A stretch of 64,000 bases of DNA, taken from contig CM039003.1 of NCBI GenBank assembly GCA_017499595.2, positions 1,984,001 to 2,048,000 on the forward strand. Reading direction: 5' to 3'. Positions 28,679 through 42,529 of this stretch are shown piece after piece (position 1 is the stretch's first letter; the number at the start of each line of letters is the position of its first letter). Under the pieces are notes generated by a model. It ran no database searches. It had not been told where the DNA came from and saw only the letters and a list, made by a program, of their open reading frames with translations. The position numbers were made by a program, and so were the translations under genes. Source of the DNA: Psilocybe cubensis (Eukaryota).

Positions 28679-30737
28679 ATGTCGCGCCCCCTCTGGTATC
28701 CACGAATCGCAACTCATAGTCCATTCAAACGCACTTCGACACGGTTTGTATTGAAAGGGAAGCGTTTCTATGAATCAGGATCAGCACCACCTCCGGATGC
28801 GCCTGCCATTCCATACGGGCCAGGAATACCTCCTCCGTTGAAGGGTGTTAGAGTTCTAGACCTCACTCGTGTGCTCGCGGGTCCAACGGCGACTATGCTA
28901 TTGGCAGATCTCGGCGCAGATGTCATAAAGGTCGAGGAAGTTTCTCGGGGAGATGACACCCGTACGTGCGCATTTGTATTGTTTCATTTTCGCAGTATCT
29001 ATGCACCGCTGGGGCACAGACATTCAATGCGAATTTTGTTTCATTCAATTTCTGAATTATCTCTGCACATCATTGCTTTCTGTATACCACCTCAACAGGC
29101 TCTTGGAATCCTCCATCCGCCCCGTTGTTAGCTTCAGCTCCTGACGCGTCAAAGCACCTACCACCTGAATCGGCCTATTTTCTTGCGGTAAATCGAAATA
29201 AGCGCTCTATTACTGTCAATCTGAAAACACCAGAAGGCTTGGAAATAGTGCGGAAACTTGTGGAGAAGTCGGACGTTCTAGTTGAAAACTTTGTCGCCGG
29301 CAAGTTGGCCTCGCTGGGACTTGGATGGGAAGATTGCCAAAAGATCAATGAACGTTTGATTTATGCGTCTATAACTGGTAGGCAACGTAACGTTTATTAC
29401 CTGTCTTGCACTTACAGACACCGATGTTAAATCAAGGTTATGGACAAACGGGGCCCTATAGGACGGCGGCTGGGTATGACGTTATAATTGAAGCTGAAGC
29501 TGGCTTGATGCATATGTATGTAATATTTTGCAACTTGCTCAAGAAAATTGGTTTTCTGAATTACTATTTTGCTACCAGCACTGGTGAACCAGACCGACCA
29601 CCATCCAAGGTTGGCGTGGCGGCAACTGATATCGCCACTGGACTTTACGCCCATGGAGCGATCATGGCCGCTCTTCTATCGCGGCAGCAGACTGGGAAAG
29701 GAGTTTGGATTGACTGTAACCTTTTTGAGTCACAGGTGAACTTTCTATTTCTGTGTATCGAAATATTATTCATGGATCTATCAGGTTGCTGGACTGGCCA
29801 ATATTGCGTCGAACTATCTGATAGCAGGCAAAGAAGCTTCAAGACACGGTACTGCTCATCCATCTATTGTGCCATACCAGGTTTTCCCTTGCAAAGATGG
29901 ATTTTTGATGATTGGTGCTGGAAATAATAAACAGGTATGCCAAATCACCTTCGACGTCCTTTACCGTTCAGCGCAGTCTTTGGCTCTTGCTCAATTATAG
30001 TTCTTCAATATGTCTGTCAATCTCGGCCATCGCCGTCATCCAATATGTTTGCTGCGACCATGAACCACGGCGGCAGTTCAAAACGCTCGCTGAGAAGATT
30101 CTGGAAGATCCGTCATTGGCTACAAATCCGAAGTTTGCAACAAATGACGCTCGTGTTGCTAACCGGGCCGAGCTGCTTGAGATTATTACTGGAGTCCTTG
30201 CGAAGCACACGAAAGACCATTGGCTGCAGCGGTTTACTGGTCTAGGGTATGACAAGTTGCCCATTGTTATATTGTGTTTTTGGCTTACAAGCTTGTTGAC
30301 CAGAGTGCCATTTGGACCAATCAATAATATCGAGCAAACGTTCAATCATCCCCAGGTGATCCAATCGTCCTGTTCATACCTCTTACGTCTCGGCTGAAAT
30401 GGGATGCTTTCCTGCTCTAGGCTCTAGCGAGGAAAGTGACGGTTGAAGTTAGCGTGAGTGGTTCTGAACTGGTTGCTACGATTCAGCAGAAACCTAAATT
30501 GGAGCTTCAGCATGCTCGTGCGGGGAAAATTAAATTAGTTGCACCTGCTGTTGCATACAATGGGCAGAAAATGGCGATACGGCTCCCACCACCGTGGCTC
30601 TCAGAGCATACGGATGAGGTAGATTTATTTTCTCGCGATAACACGGCAGGAGATCTGACTAGGTGATACAGGTAATGGAAGAATTGGGGTATAGCCTAGA
30701 ACAAATCGCAGACCTTCGAAAGAGGGCAGTGATCTGA
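28679..30737 (+). CDS. Family III CoA-transferase (CaiB/BaiF, SUGCT-like), probably mitochondrial
   Basis: [63 protein letters not shown]...GYD, basic N-terminal presequence. Confidence 0.93.
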
Positions 30738-31057
30738 ATGGCACCGTTCAAGTGACAATGCAAGCTTGACGGTGCAGTGGCCAGTTCTATGAGACCTAGA
30801 CTGTGGACGAAAGGGTCACGTGGATTGGCTTATTATGAGGTCACCGATCTCCGGAAAGGGCTGTGACGGGACGATAGATGAGAAGAGAGTGTGACTGATT
30901 ATTGGTGCCAGTCGATAAATCTCCACTAAAGTACTTACCTATTGCAATACAACTGCTTTACAATTCATCCATATCGCCGCTGCCAGGTAGTCTCTCTCCC
31001 TACCTTTTCTTCGTTTTTATTCGCCTACCCCTCCTGTCGATTCCATCTCTCCGAATC

Positions 31058-31897
31058 ATGTCTGCGACCGAGCACGCTCCACTGCCACGGCCCCTCCCCA
31101 CTTCAGCACCCAAGGATCCATCTCCTTCCCCTCGGATCTCACATCAGGAGCCCCTGCGACCTATCCAACCCAGGAGCTTAGATGTCGAGCCCGAGCAGAA
31201 AGAGCCTCCTTCAGTGAGGAGCCCTGTGCCTCCCACCAGCCCTCTTCCCGAACCCACTCCACTTGATGATAAGCCGGAGCCACCATCCCAACCAAAGCCC
31301 GAGGAACCGACAAAGGAAGCCGAGGTACGCACCTTTTCATTGGAGGGCGCGCCTATTGTGTAGAAACATTTTGGCTGATCTGCATCCCATAGGATAAGGA
31401 TAACGACGACAACGATGACGATGACAATGCGTCTAAAGATGTCGTGCATATGGAAACCTTTGAACAAATATTGGAACTCGACGAGGATGACACCCATGAT
31501 TTCTCTCAGCCTATGGTCTGGGAGTATTTTGAGCAGGCTGAAAAGACATTTAATGATATGAATGAAGCACAGTCAGTGATCCTATTCTTCTTTTCCGACC
31601 CGCACATTCTCATCAGCCACATTATTATTTGACAGTGAAAATAAGGATCTGCCTGCACTCTCACGGCTTGGTCATTATCTCAAAGGATCGTCAGCGGCTC
31701 TTGGTCTTGCAAGGGTGCAAAACTCATGTGAAAAGATCCAACATTACGGACAGCTTCGTGATGAGGTTGCCAACAGAGACCTAACCCCAGCAGAGGCGTT
31801 AGAAAAGACATCAAAGCTGCTCAGACGCGTCAGAAAGGAATACAACGAAGCCCAGGATTGGTTAAAGAAATTTTACGGTCCCCAGGAGGGAGCCTGA
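31058..31897 (+). CDS. YPD1: Histidine phosphotransfer (HPt) protein of the two-component phosphorelay
   Basis: TFEQILELDEDD..DFS..MV.EYFEQA, LSRLGHYLKGSSAALG (phospho-His), SCEKIQHYG; Pro-rich N-terminal extension. Confidence 0.93.
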
Positions 31898-32282
31898 TGA
31901 TGGGTCGAGATCAATCGGATTACCGAACAAGCTGTAACGGGGTGGAGAACAAACAGCAGCTAGAGTATACCTCAGTGCGCGTGTCTATCTGACTGGCGGT
32001 GACGGGGGCGGGTATCGTCGACCTATTTCCCATTGACGGCAGATGGACTCTGAATCTACTTACAGAATGAAGGGCCGTGGAAGCCTGACCCGGTGTATAG
32101 TTATAATGCCCTCATCCTCGGGAACAGGAGCCTAGTGAAATTCGTTTTTGATAATTATGCTAGCGACAAGTTACTTATTTGCTTGGAGTTTGAATTGTAG
32201 TCACTTCGTGATGTGATACTTCCCCTGGCTTACAATTGAAAGCTTCTTCAGAACATTTGACGTCATGGCTTGGTACCCCTAA

Positions 32283-32296
32283 ACGCGTGTCACGTG
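32283..32296. promoter_or_regulatory. ACGCGT (MCB-like) adjoining a GTCACGTG E-box, upstream of CHL1
   Basis: Sequence ACGCGTGTCACGTG about 85-95 nt upstream of the CHL1 ATG. Similar TCACGTG elements occur at 1280, 15772 and 30816. Confidence 0.35.
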
Positions 32297-32379
32297 TATT
32301 AATTTTGTTGTTCCAGGCAGGCCTTGTACGCGATCAAACAAAGGTCATTTTCCTTCTTTTCCTGCCATCGCCTTTTTCG

Positions 32380-35300
32380 ATGGATTTACATCTTCCGACC
32401 CCTACACATTTCCCTGCATTTCCATATTCACCTCCATATGATATTCAGACATCTCTTATGCGCCATCTATACCAATCTATTGAAGATAAAAAGGTGACCA
32501 TAATCGAAAGTCCAACTGGCACAGTGAGTGGTTACGAACAGGGTAAAAGAAACGATTTATGTGTTAAAAAAACAGGGAAAAACGCTAAGTCTGCTATGCG
32601 CAGCTCTAACTTGGCTTGCAGATGAAAGAGAACGCGCCAAAAAGGGAAAATTGAAGGAAGTTATTGGGGACGATGGGGTTAAAGGTTGGTCGGCCTTTAC
32701 TATCCTCAATTTTATATGACATGAATTTATGTTTGTAGCAAAGGATTGGGTAGTTGAGCAGACCATTGATAGAATGAGACGCGAAATGGAGGCAGACGAA
32801 CAAGAGTATGAGCAAAGGCTGATGAGGGCGAGGAAGCGTGAAGAAGCCATGCGACGTGCAGCAAAAGGGCGAGTCATTAAGAGAACTGTAAGTTGAAACA
32901 TAACTTAAAACTTACATTCCTCACAAAACTTGCGTAGAAAATCACACAACCAGCAAACGAAGAAAAAGACGACGATGACAACCTGCGGATGTTCCTTCCA
33001 GAAACAGACCGAGAGCCAGATGACGGGGCGATGCACATATCTCCAGCTTTAAAAGCGTTGATGGAAAAGTCAGGTACTATGCTCATCTTAGCAACAAGAA
33101 TATTAACGTGTTAGTGCAGGGTGGATAAAGTCACGAAAGCTAGCACTGGTCCTTCCGCCGGCGAAGAAGAGGAACTCACATGTACAAAGATTTACTATGC
33201 CTCTCGCACGCACTCGCAGCTCTCACAAGTCCTTCCGGAAATGAGTAAATTGAAGCTCCCAGCCAAGATAAAACTCACTGATCACCATACTTCGACTTCT
33301 CTTCCTCTGAAGCGCGGAATCGATTCCATTGAGGAACAGTGCAGCTCTGGACCGTCGACGAGAGCAGTCTCTTTGGGGTCTAGAAGGCAACTTTGCATTA
33401 ATGATGCTCTCCGAGCTAGTGCTCTTGATCTGGATGAGGCATGTAGAGAGCGTCTAGGAGGTTAGGTTTAATGAAGCTCTTCTATATTTAATTAACATCT
33501 AACACAACTTCTCAGAAAAAGAAGGTAAACGATGTCAATATCTTCCACCGATTGGGGAGGAACATAGAATGCTGGATTTTCGAGATCAAATCTTGGTAGG
33601 TCCGCTGACGCTAGACATTATGGTATTAGTTCACATATCAATCTGTCATTTGCAGGCATCGCCAAAGGACATTGAAGATCTTGCAGAAGCGGGACGCCTT
33701 GCCCATACATGTCCGTACTTTGGATCAAGACGAGCGATACCACAAGCTGAGGTATGTCTACTGACATTACCAATGTTGTCGTCACCGGTCTCATTGACAA
33801 CCACCCTTAGTTAGTGACTCTACCATATAACCTCCTGCTCCAAAAGTCTGCGCGAGAAGCCTTGGGAATTGATCTGAAAAACCAAGTTGTCCTTATTGAT
33901 GAAGCGCATAGTATGTTTAGTTTTAGAATATCAGACCCAGACGTTTTTGAAAGAACATTTTGCATAGATCTTATACCTACGCTCCTGTCTCTTTCGACGA
34001 CTCGACTATCATATGCGACGCTTTTGACTTCCTTTCAGCAAGTCTGTGTTTATGTTTCAAAGTTCAAGACGCGCCTTTCTCCGACAAATATGATTCATTT
34101 GAAGAAACTTGTGTTGATTCTCGACTCATTGAAGAAATACGTGGAAGAATGGAAGATCTCAAAGGCAAGAGAAAAGGACAAGTCTGAGATCATGACATCC
34201 GGGCAACTCATGGAGAGGTTGGGAAGGAGAGTTGCTGGTATTAACCTTCTGGAAATTGGTGCTTATTTGAAGGAAAGCAAGGTCGGTAACAAATCCTCCA
34301 AAGATGGATAATCAGACTCTTATATTTCTACAGGTTGCCAGAAAGATTGCAGGCTATTCAGATAAAGTAGAAGAATCCAATAAAGGTATATACCTGTTTT
34401 TTACTACTTGAGTAGTGTGATTTAATGATTCGCCTGTCTAGATCCAGCTGTTAAACATCACACTCGGCGTGGCGCAATTCCACCATTGCATACAGTAGAA
34501 GAGTTTCTACTCTCGTTAACGAATATGAGCACAGGTTCAAACTCTGCTGACGCCTTGTTTAATCGATTTCATTACTTACTTTGAATTCAGACGGACGGAT
34601 CACATTCACTCTAATAGAATCGCCTGGACGCGAAAACACCGTGGAGATGAGGTACCAGTTATTGAACCCTTCTCCACACTTCCAAGAAGTTGTTGAAGAA
34701 GCCAGATCAGTCGTTCTCGCTGGTGGTACGATGTCACCTGTTCGTGTCCCTTTTAGCGGAATAGTTTATCGGTATACGCCTAACGCCCTCAAATACTAAC
34801 CTGTTTTGGCAGATATCAGATGTTATCAACCAACTGTTTTCGTATCTCCCTTCCGAGAAGGTTACAACTTTCTCCTGCGGGCATATTATTCCAGAGACGA
34901 ACCTACAGACTTTGGTAATTAGCAAAGGTCCTACTGGCGGCGAGTTGGATTTCAGAGCAGATAAACAAGCGGACCCGACCACTGTAAGTATTTTGATGGT
35001 TTTGAGTTTGTGCGCTACTTATAGTACTGGTAGATTGGGCAATTGGGCCAAGTCCTGCTCAACTTTGCGAATATAATTCCAGCTGGCATGATTGTATTCT
35101 TTCCGTCATATAAATTCCTAAGGACGGCGAATGCCCAATGGAAAAAGAGTACAATGTTGGAGAAATTTGCAACAAAGAAGGAGGTACATGAAATATTTCG
35201 CGTTATTGACCTATCACTAATATTGTTGAACAGGTTTTTTTCGAGCCCGAAGAAAGCAGTCAAGTGGAGAAAGTGTTGCAAGACTACGCATTAGCCATAA

Positions 35301-35864
35301 AAAACGTGGGTGCAGTATCTACGATATGATATTGTAAGCTCACAACCTTTTGTCTAGCCTGCAGAAGGGAAAAAGGGTGCCCTTCTATTCGCCGTAATTG
35401 GCGCAAAATTGTCAGAAGGCTTGAATTTCGCTGACGACCTTGCTCGCGGGGTCGTGATTGTCGGACTGCCATTTGCCAACCTTGGCTCTCCCGAGCTGCG
35501 CGAACGCATGAAATATGTGAAATCACTGGAAGAGCAGAAAGACGGCGCCTCCAAGCAAAAAGGTCAGAAAGACGCTGCTGCGGAGCTATACGAAAACATG
35601 TGCATGAATGCCGTAAATCAAAGTATAGGTATAATGGAATGGCTTCGTTTTTACATGTTGGTCTGTTGACACCTCAACTTTCAAGGACGTGCCATAAGGC
35701 ATCGCAACGATTGGGCGTCACTTCTGTTGTTAGACCGAAGGTATACCACCAATTCAACCCAAAACAAGCTACCGAAATGGATAGGAAGCAAGTTAACGGT
35801 CACCGAAACGTTTGGACAGACTGTCAAGGAGATGGGTGCCTTTTATAAAGGGAAAAGAGTTTGA
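32380..35864 (+). CDS. CHL1: Chl1/DDX11 Fe-S DNA helicase
   Basis: FPYSPPYDIQ, ESPTGT/GKTLS, YASRTHSQLSQ, CPYFGSR, DEAH, LAGGTMSP, SEGLNFADDL, NAVNQSIG/RAIRH. Confidence 0.95.
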
Positions 35865-36584
35865 TGGTAGAGTAATGAATGATGCTTTTATTCGTTAGGG
35901 GTGCTGGTGAGGCTTTGATTCAGCCAGCAGATTACGCCAAACTTCGCCAGCTTTATCAGTCCTTGGTCGCCTATTCGCTTCAGGCCATCAACCATCAAGA
36001 ATCAGAATCAGAACTTATGATCAGATCAACTTGAACGTTGATAGTTAGGACAGGGGTTTTAACATCGTCGCCCATTGTTCCGAGTCTTTCATTGGCAAAC
36101 TCTGCCAGATGCCATTTGGGTATGGTTAACTCCTGTATCAAGGTTTAGGTTATTGTCTATTGGGTTGAGCTGTTATGACAAGTACATCTTCCGGAAGTTT
36201 TTCTAGCACGGGAAGGTTTTTTAATTACGGGCTTGCCCCAACTGCAAATTTATTCATTGCAGGCTAGCTTATCTAAATAGTCCACTTTAATAGTGGCAAT
36301 GGTACGAACAGTTTGCGAAAAGTCAAGGCCAACCATATAAGCATAGATGATAATTGACAGGTCTGGTTACTTTTCTGCAGGATAATTGGTAGGTATTTGA
36401 TGGTTATGAATTAGAAGGACGCGATGTGCCTCATTTTGGCGGCGCGTGATTTGAATATAGACTCAACGCGGACATTGTGCTTCCCCCTCACGACCAATCT
36501 ATTTCGACCGCATCGGAGTTGGGCTGCTCAGCGGGGTCCCTCTTAGCTTGTCTCTGTGCACTGGTACTGTGGTAGTATGCGGAT

Positions 36585-38699
36585 ATGGGCTTTTTTTCGT
36601 CCAGAAAAGCAGAGGACAACGACAGCTACCAGGTTGCCATCGGCTTAGGAGGAACCACTACTGAGAAGGCCTCCGTAGTTCAGGTCATCCGTTCACGTTT
36701 CGTATGTGGATCATTTCTTTTCTGAGGGGCTTCTACTTACCTCAAAGCGTGTTATTTTTCTTCTGTTGTCTTCCCCATTCCGCCAACTTCGTTTTTAATA
36801 TCATTTCACGTTCATTTCCTCAATTATACATTCATCGCGTGTTTAGTACGGGAAGAAGGGAAAAGAACGAGAAGATCAGCCTATTTCATATCTGAGTGGC
36901 GTTGCTGCAGCGCAAGCACTCTCCCCGCCACATATACCAGTCGCCTCAACCCCACTACCCAGTAGCCCTCTTCGCCGAGAGGCGGCGCCAGAGAGATCTC
37001 GTGCTTATGAAGACCGCGCGCTACCCCCTACGCCTTCTTCAACAAAGAATCGGTCAAATGGCAAGACGGTCTCAACCCTTGGTATTCGGACGGATGATAG
37101 CATAGCATCTTCCTCGCATAAGCAGGCGGAGAACAGCGGTTCCCCTACCTCGCTTTCGCCTCGCAAAAATACCGACCCTGTCACGTATGTCGCGAATGCT
37201 ACCTTTTTGCGACTTTTCTTCATATAATTTTTTAGAGCGACATTGGCACAGCGTCTGAATGAACTTGCTCTAGCAAACTCCGAGGGGTTACTAAAGTGTG
37301 TATATTAAAATTTTGGTCTGTCTATGTACTAAACGTATGAAAGTGACGACGAATACCGCCTTCTCCGACAGAATCTGTTTGAACGGTTTGCCAGTAGCAC
37401 TGCTGTTCCCATCGAGACACCAGTGGTTCCCGTTTCTCCCGCACGTCCACGTCTTAAGAAGAATGGGACAGCTCGTATGCATATCCTCCGCTTCTAATCA
37501 TATGTCTACTTAAAAACAAATTTTCAGCATCCGTCCGCCCTTTGTCCAATTTCCAAGTGGAGACTCGACCGGCTTCCATAAGCTCAAAAACATCTGCGAC
37601 ATCTGGCGTCGGTAGCCTGTTTAGACGGGCTACAGGCCGACGCTCCAACGATACCAGCGATGCTGCCAGCGTTTGGTCGGCATCGTCCAACACCTCCTTT
37701 TTCAAACTTCCCCGAGCGCTATCCAAAAAGTCCAGCAATTCATCCTTACAAACAAATACGTCTCGTATGCAATCCGACTCAATATCTATTTCATCACCTC
37801 GTCGAAATGGCTCTGTTAGGGATCATCAAATGTCAACAGCACCAAGGTCGGCTGCAGGGAGCATACGAAGGATGGCCGCTCCCCCATCTTCATTCAACAA
37901 CCGCGCCGTAGGGCAGGACAATCGAATAACCAACTCTATCTATAATGTTTTTGATGAGGAACACCTCACGACAGTGAAAGATATAATGCAGGAAATCTTA
38001 AACGTGGAAGCAGAATGTAAACGACTTATGGACGCCTTCAATGGATTGGAAGTAACCACCTTAGCTAAGTCACAACGACGCCAACACCCTGTGCGACCGG
38101 CTCTTAAGCCAGATTCAGGGAGTAATGGGAATGCCGAATCTCATTGGGGCGTTGAATCGGACAGCAGATCTCAGAGGCGAATTAATATTGCGGATGATAC
38201 CATATCTATGCGATCCGGAACATCATCGGTAGCCCCCTCACTTGCGCGCTCAGCCTATTCGAATAGGAAAGCAAGAACTAAAGTAACCCCAATGAATTCT
38301 CCAATTGGAGTGATCACTACCAATTCCAGGCCAGGATCCTTGCACAGGAAGAACTCTGCATCGAGCGTGTCATCTGAACGAAGAGCCGGGAAAGCAGGAG
38401 CAGCACCACCAATGCCTGCGCTTCCTAGTTCGATGTCCCATGGGCATTTCAAAGGAGCTAACAACTCCAACATCAGCTTGGTTAGGAGTACAGGAAACCC
38501 TCCGATGAATACGGTTCATGAAGACGACAAATCATCGACGGGGCATACACTAAGAATGGATGCTGAGGAGTATGAGACGGAGCTGGAGGATATCCGTGCG
38601 CGAAGAGAGGAAGTGAGTCAACGATATGAGGCACGGTTGGAGTACTTGCGGGCCAAGTTAAAGGGGGCGCAGCTGCACGAAAAGCTGATGCGCAAGTAG
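36585..38699 (+). CDS. Hypothetical Ser-rich protein with C-terminal coiled coil
   Basis: MGFFSSRKAEDND...VVQVIRSRF/YGKKGKERE; LAQRLNELALANSEGLL/DDEYRLLRQNLFERF; C-terminal EVSQRYEARLEYLRAKLKGAQLHEKLMRK; canonical introns. Confidence 0.8.
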
Positions 38700-38846
38700 A
38701 TTAGATTAGATGTTGTATACCCCGGCATTTGCCGATGCCATATTAGCTCAGTTTGGAGTAATTGACCAACTTGGTTTACTTCTGTTGCGCTGGTCGACGA
38801 CATCGACGACGACCAAAGTCGCGATTTACCCCTGTATTTTACAGTC

Positions 38847-41800
38847 ATGTCAAATATACCCTCTTCGAACAACGATGACGGAGACTCTTTTGGACTTTCC
38901 TCAACTCCTACCCCACAGCCAACATTTCCAGGCCTCCACAGAACGCTAAGCCGCAGTTCCCAGTGGTCAGCGAGCGACACGCCTGCACACCACAACCAGG
39001 GCACTTCCTACTTCCCCACCCAGCCTTCTTCGCCTACTGCACAATTTCACCCTTCTCCTATTCTCAGAAACAGTTCTGTGCATTCCAATAGGCGGCCAGC
39101 TAGGAGCACCAGCGTCAGCAGTTCGCAGGCTACAAATCGAGGGTATCGTGATGACGACGTTCTGAGTGAGGCCAATGAAGACGAGGACGAAGTTGATGAT
39201 GAAAATGAAGACAATCGGCCTCATGTAAATCGGCGTGGCAAAGCTCCAGCAGCGCCTGAAGAAGAAGAAGAAGGCGATGAAGACGAAAGCGATCCTATCA
39301 CGACCCTAAAGGAGCGACAGTCCTTGATTAATGTACAACATCCTTTCGGTCTTCCTATCTGGAAACCAGCTTTGTACAAGAAAAGTCGCTCGGTGACGCG
39401 TCATGCCGACGAGGCTCTCCACTCAATCCCCTCAGCGCAGGCTGAACGACACCTCCTTCCAGGGAACTTGTTTTGGGCAGCGTTTTTCGGCTGGTGGCTT
39501 GGCCTTATCTGTATTTTTATTTCAATCATCCTTTATCTTATTCCTCAAGGTGGACAACAATATTCAAACCTTGTATACGGCCTAGGATGGTATCTGTTTT
39601 GGCCGTTCGGAAAATACGTTGAAGGCGACCTTAACGTTGTTGATGACACTAAGGACGATGATGATGAAAGCCCTCACAGTGCAAGGCGTTGGAGTGACAG
39701 CAATAACACAGTGCGGGGAGTTTCGCCTCCTAGAGAAGACACCGACACTGTTAGACGCCCTGTATTCTCTGCCACTTCTACTATAACGCCTGGTACTGTT
39801 AACGTACCCAATGTTTCATTCCGTGCCGAAACTCCAGGAGAGACCACAAATCTTCTCGGTCGTAGAACATCACAAGCACCACTTCCAATCAAGTCCTATG
39901 GTACAGCAATGGTACCTACACTAACCGCTTCGTCAGGAACTGCGGTCGACACGTTTGGAGAAGAAGCTGAGAATGGCACTCTGATTGGTAAAATATGTTT
40001 CTGGCTGGCCTTGATATCCCTCATTGCACCTCTCATGCTTCTCGTTTGTATAATCTGCTGGGCACTCGTGATCACTGTCCCAATGGCTAAGCTCAATTGG
40101 GCACTTATCAAACATTTATTTACGCAGCCAACCCACATCCGATTTTGCTCGGCGCCACCTGTTGTTGTGGTTTCGACCAGCTCAACGCCAGAGGACAATG
40201 TCGAGTCAAATGGCGATGCAAATCTCCCTACAGCTGCGCAATTTTCAATCAAACACCCCAGATTGTCCGAAGGTCAACAAGCTCCATCCGGTTCACCTAC
40301 ATCGACAGTTTTGCTCTGTACATATCGAGCAGTTGGATTACAATATTACAAATATACAGTAGGCGGAGTCAACATCCTTTTTGTCAATCTCTTGCCCGTT
40401 GTATTTTTCGTCATTTTCGATGGTTTTGTTCTGCTACCGATTGTCGAGAAAAAACACCATCATGGCGAACATGTTCCAGGGTTTTTAGCTTTTCTAGCAT
40501 CGCAAGCTGTTATTTTTTTCCTCTCTCTCACTAGTGTGATACCTCTATCGTACTTCATTGGTATGGCTGTTGCTTCTATCTCGGCCCAGTCATCCATCGG
40601 AATGGGCGCTGTCATCAATGCAACATTCGGCTCCATCATCGAAATTATCCTATACAGCATTGCTTTGGTGCAAGGGAAAGGACATCTGGTGGAGGGATCT
40701 ATCGTTGGCAGTTTATTGGCAGGAGTATTGCTCATGCCTGGAATGAGCATGTGCAGTGGTGCCTTGCGCAGGAAAGAACAGAAATTCAACGCAAAGAGTG
40801 CAGGTGTAACTAGCATGATGCTGATCATGGCCATCATCGGTGCACTCGCTCCTACTTTATTCTATCAGACGTACGGCAATGTCAGTCATTTCTCCTTTTT
40901 GAATTTACTATCAAATTTACCGTTCTTCCTAGTTCCAACTTGTTTGCAGCGGTTGTCCGTCTTCTCCTGGAAATCCTGGAGATGCACCATGGATTTGCGA
41001 TCATTGTTATTACAAACATCCAGACCCTGTTGACGATCCCTTTTACCAATCCACTGTGAAGAGCCTGATGTACTTCTGTGCGGCTGTGCTACTATTTGTA
41101 AGTTCTGCAATTTTCTGGATACTTTTCATGTTCATAATGTTGGCCTATAGTCTTATCTGATTGGTCTTTGGTTCTCCCTCCGCACGCATGCATCCCAAAT
41201 TTGGCAAAATCCACAACAATTGTTACAACCAATGGAACTGCCTACTCACAGGATGTCGTTGTATAACAAGATCTTACACCCAGGACATACCAATGCACCC
41301 TCTGGGTCTCAGCCTCCCGCCCCACTGCATCGAAAGCCAAGCAATACGAATCAGACAGGCGCCGGCGCTTCTTCCCGTATCGGAACATCTTTACCTCGAG
41401 AGGGTTCCAGTTCAGGAATCAACCCACCTCTGACACCTGGAGGTCGCTACGCAAGTGCATCTCCCACTTTCCAACGTAAAGCATCATATCCACCAGTTCA
41501 ACCAGCACAACCGCCAAATTTTCTGCCCGTCTTGGAAAGCGTTGATCACGCAGTTAAAAATGCTGATCTGCGTACTATGCATTTGCCAGAACCGTTGACC
41601 ACTGATGACTTTACGCGCGCGGTGGCAGTGGCCACTGTTAGCGCACTTCGCCACCAACAAACTCAGTCTCATCAACGAATTCGGTCTGCAGAACATGAAG
41701 GTGGTCATGGACATGATGCTCCATCCTGGAGTCGAACGACCAGCGCAAGCGTGTTGCTCGCATGCACTGCGTTGTATGCAGTTATTGCAGGTGCATAATT

Positions 41801-42529
41801 TGCTTTTTCTATTCTACATCGTTCTAAATATGCTATCTAGAATTGTTGGTCGACGTCGTGGATGTTGTCTTGAAAGATTCAGGTATCGACGAAAAATTCT
41901 TGGGTATCACTCTGTTTGCTCTTGTGCCAAACACAACCGAATTCATGAATGCTATCTCTTTTGCTCTAAACGGAAATATCGCACTAAGGTATAAAGTTAA
42001 TGTAATTCAATTACACAGAGTTGCTAACAACGCATACAGCATGGAGATCGGGTCTGCATATGCACTCCAAGTTTGCCTACTTCAAATTCCTGCAATGGTA
42101 GCATTCTCTGCATGGTACGATCCCGTAAATATGGGCGAGGTCGCTAAAACTTTCTCGTACGTCCTACACTTGGTAGTGTTCATACAACGAACTAATTGGT
42201 TCCTTATCAGGCTTATCTTCCCAAGATGGGATGTAATTGCCATCATCTTGTCGATGTTTTTAATGACATATACCTACATCGAAGCTAAGAGCAATTACCA
42301 TCGTGGTAGCATCTTGATTCTCAGGTTTGTGGCATACCGTTGTATATTCGCTGCTCGTACCGACGGACAAATGAACAGCTACCTGGTTCTGATTTCGGGT
42401 TTCTATTTCGCTCCTGCCACGGCTCTTGATATTGACCAAGGCCATTTCGTACAAACCTCGGGACTCCAGGAGTTCCCCGGTGTTTCCATCTTGCAGACCG
42501 TTCGATGGTACTTGCATTCTCTGTTCTGA
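38847..42529 (+). CDS. VNX1: Vnx1-type vacuolar cation/H+ exchanger (CaCA family with DUF307/YccF region)
   Basis: INVQHPFGLPIWKPALYKKSRS, GNLFW...FGWWL, LFWPFGK, alpha-repeats NATFGSIIE and LVPNTTEFMNAISFA, many TM helices. Confidence 0.93.

Noticed and set aside
36702-36846. 145-nt intron as a snoRNA host
   Set aside because: Pyrimidine-rich with no boxes or stems.
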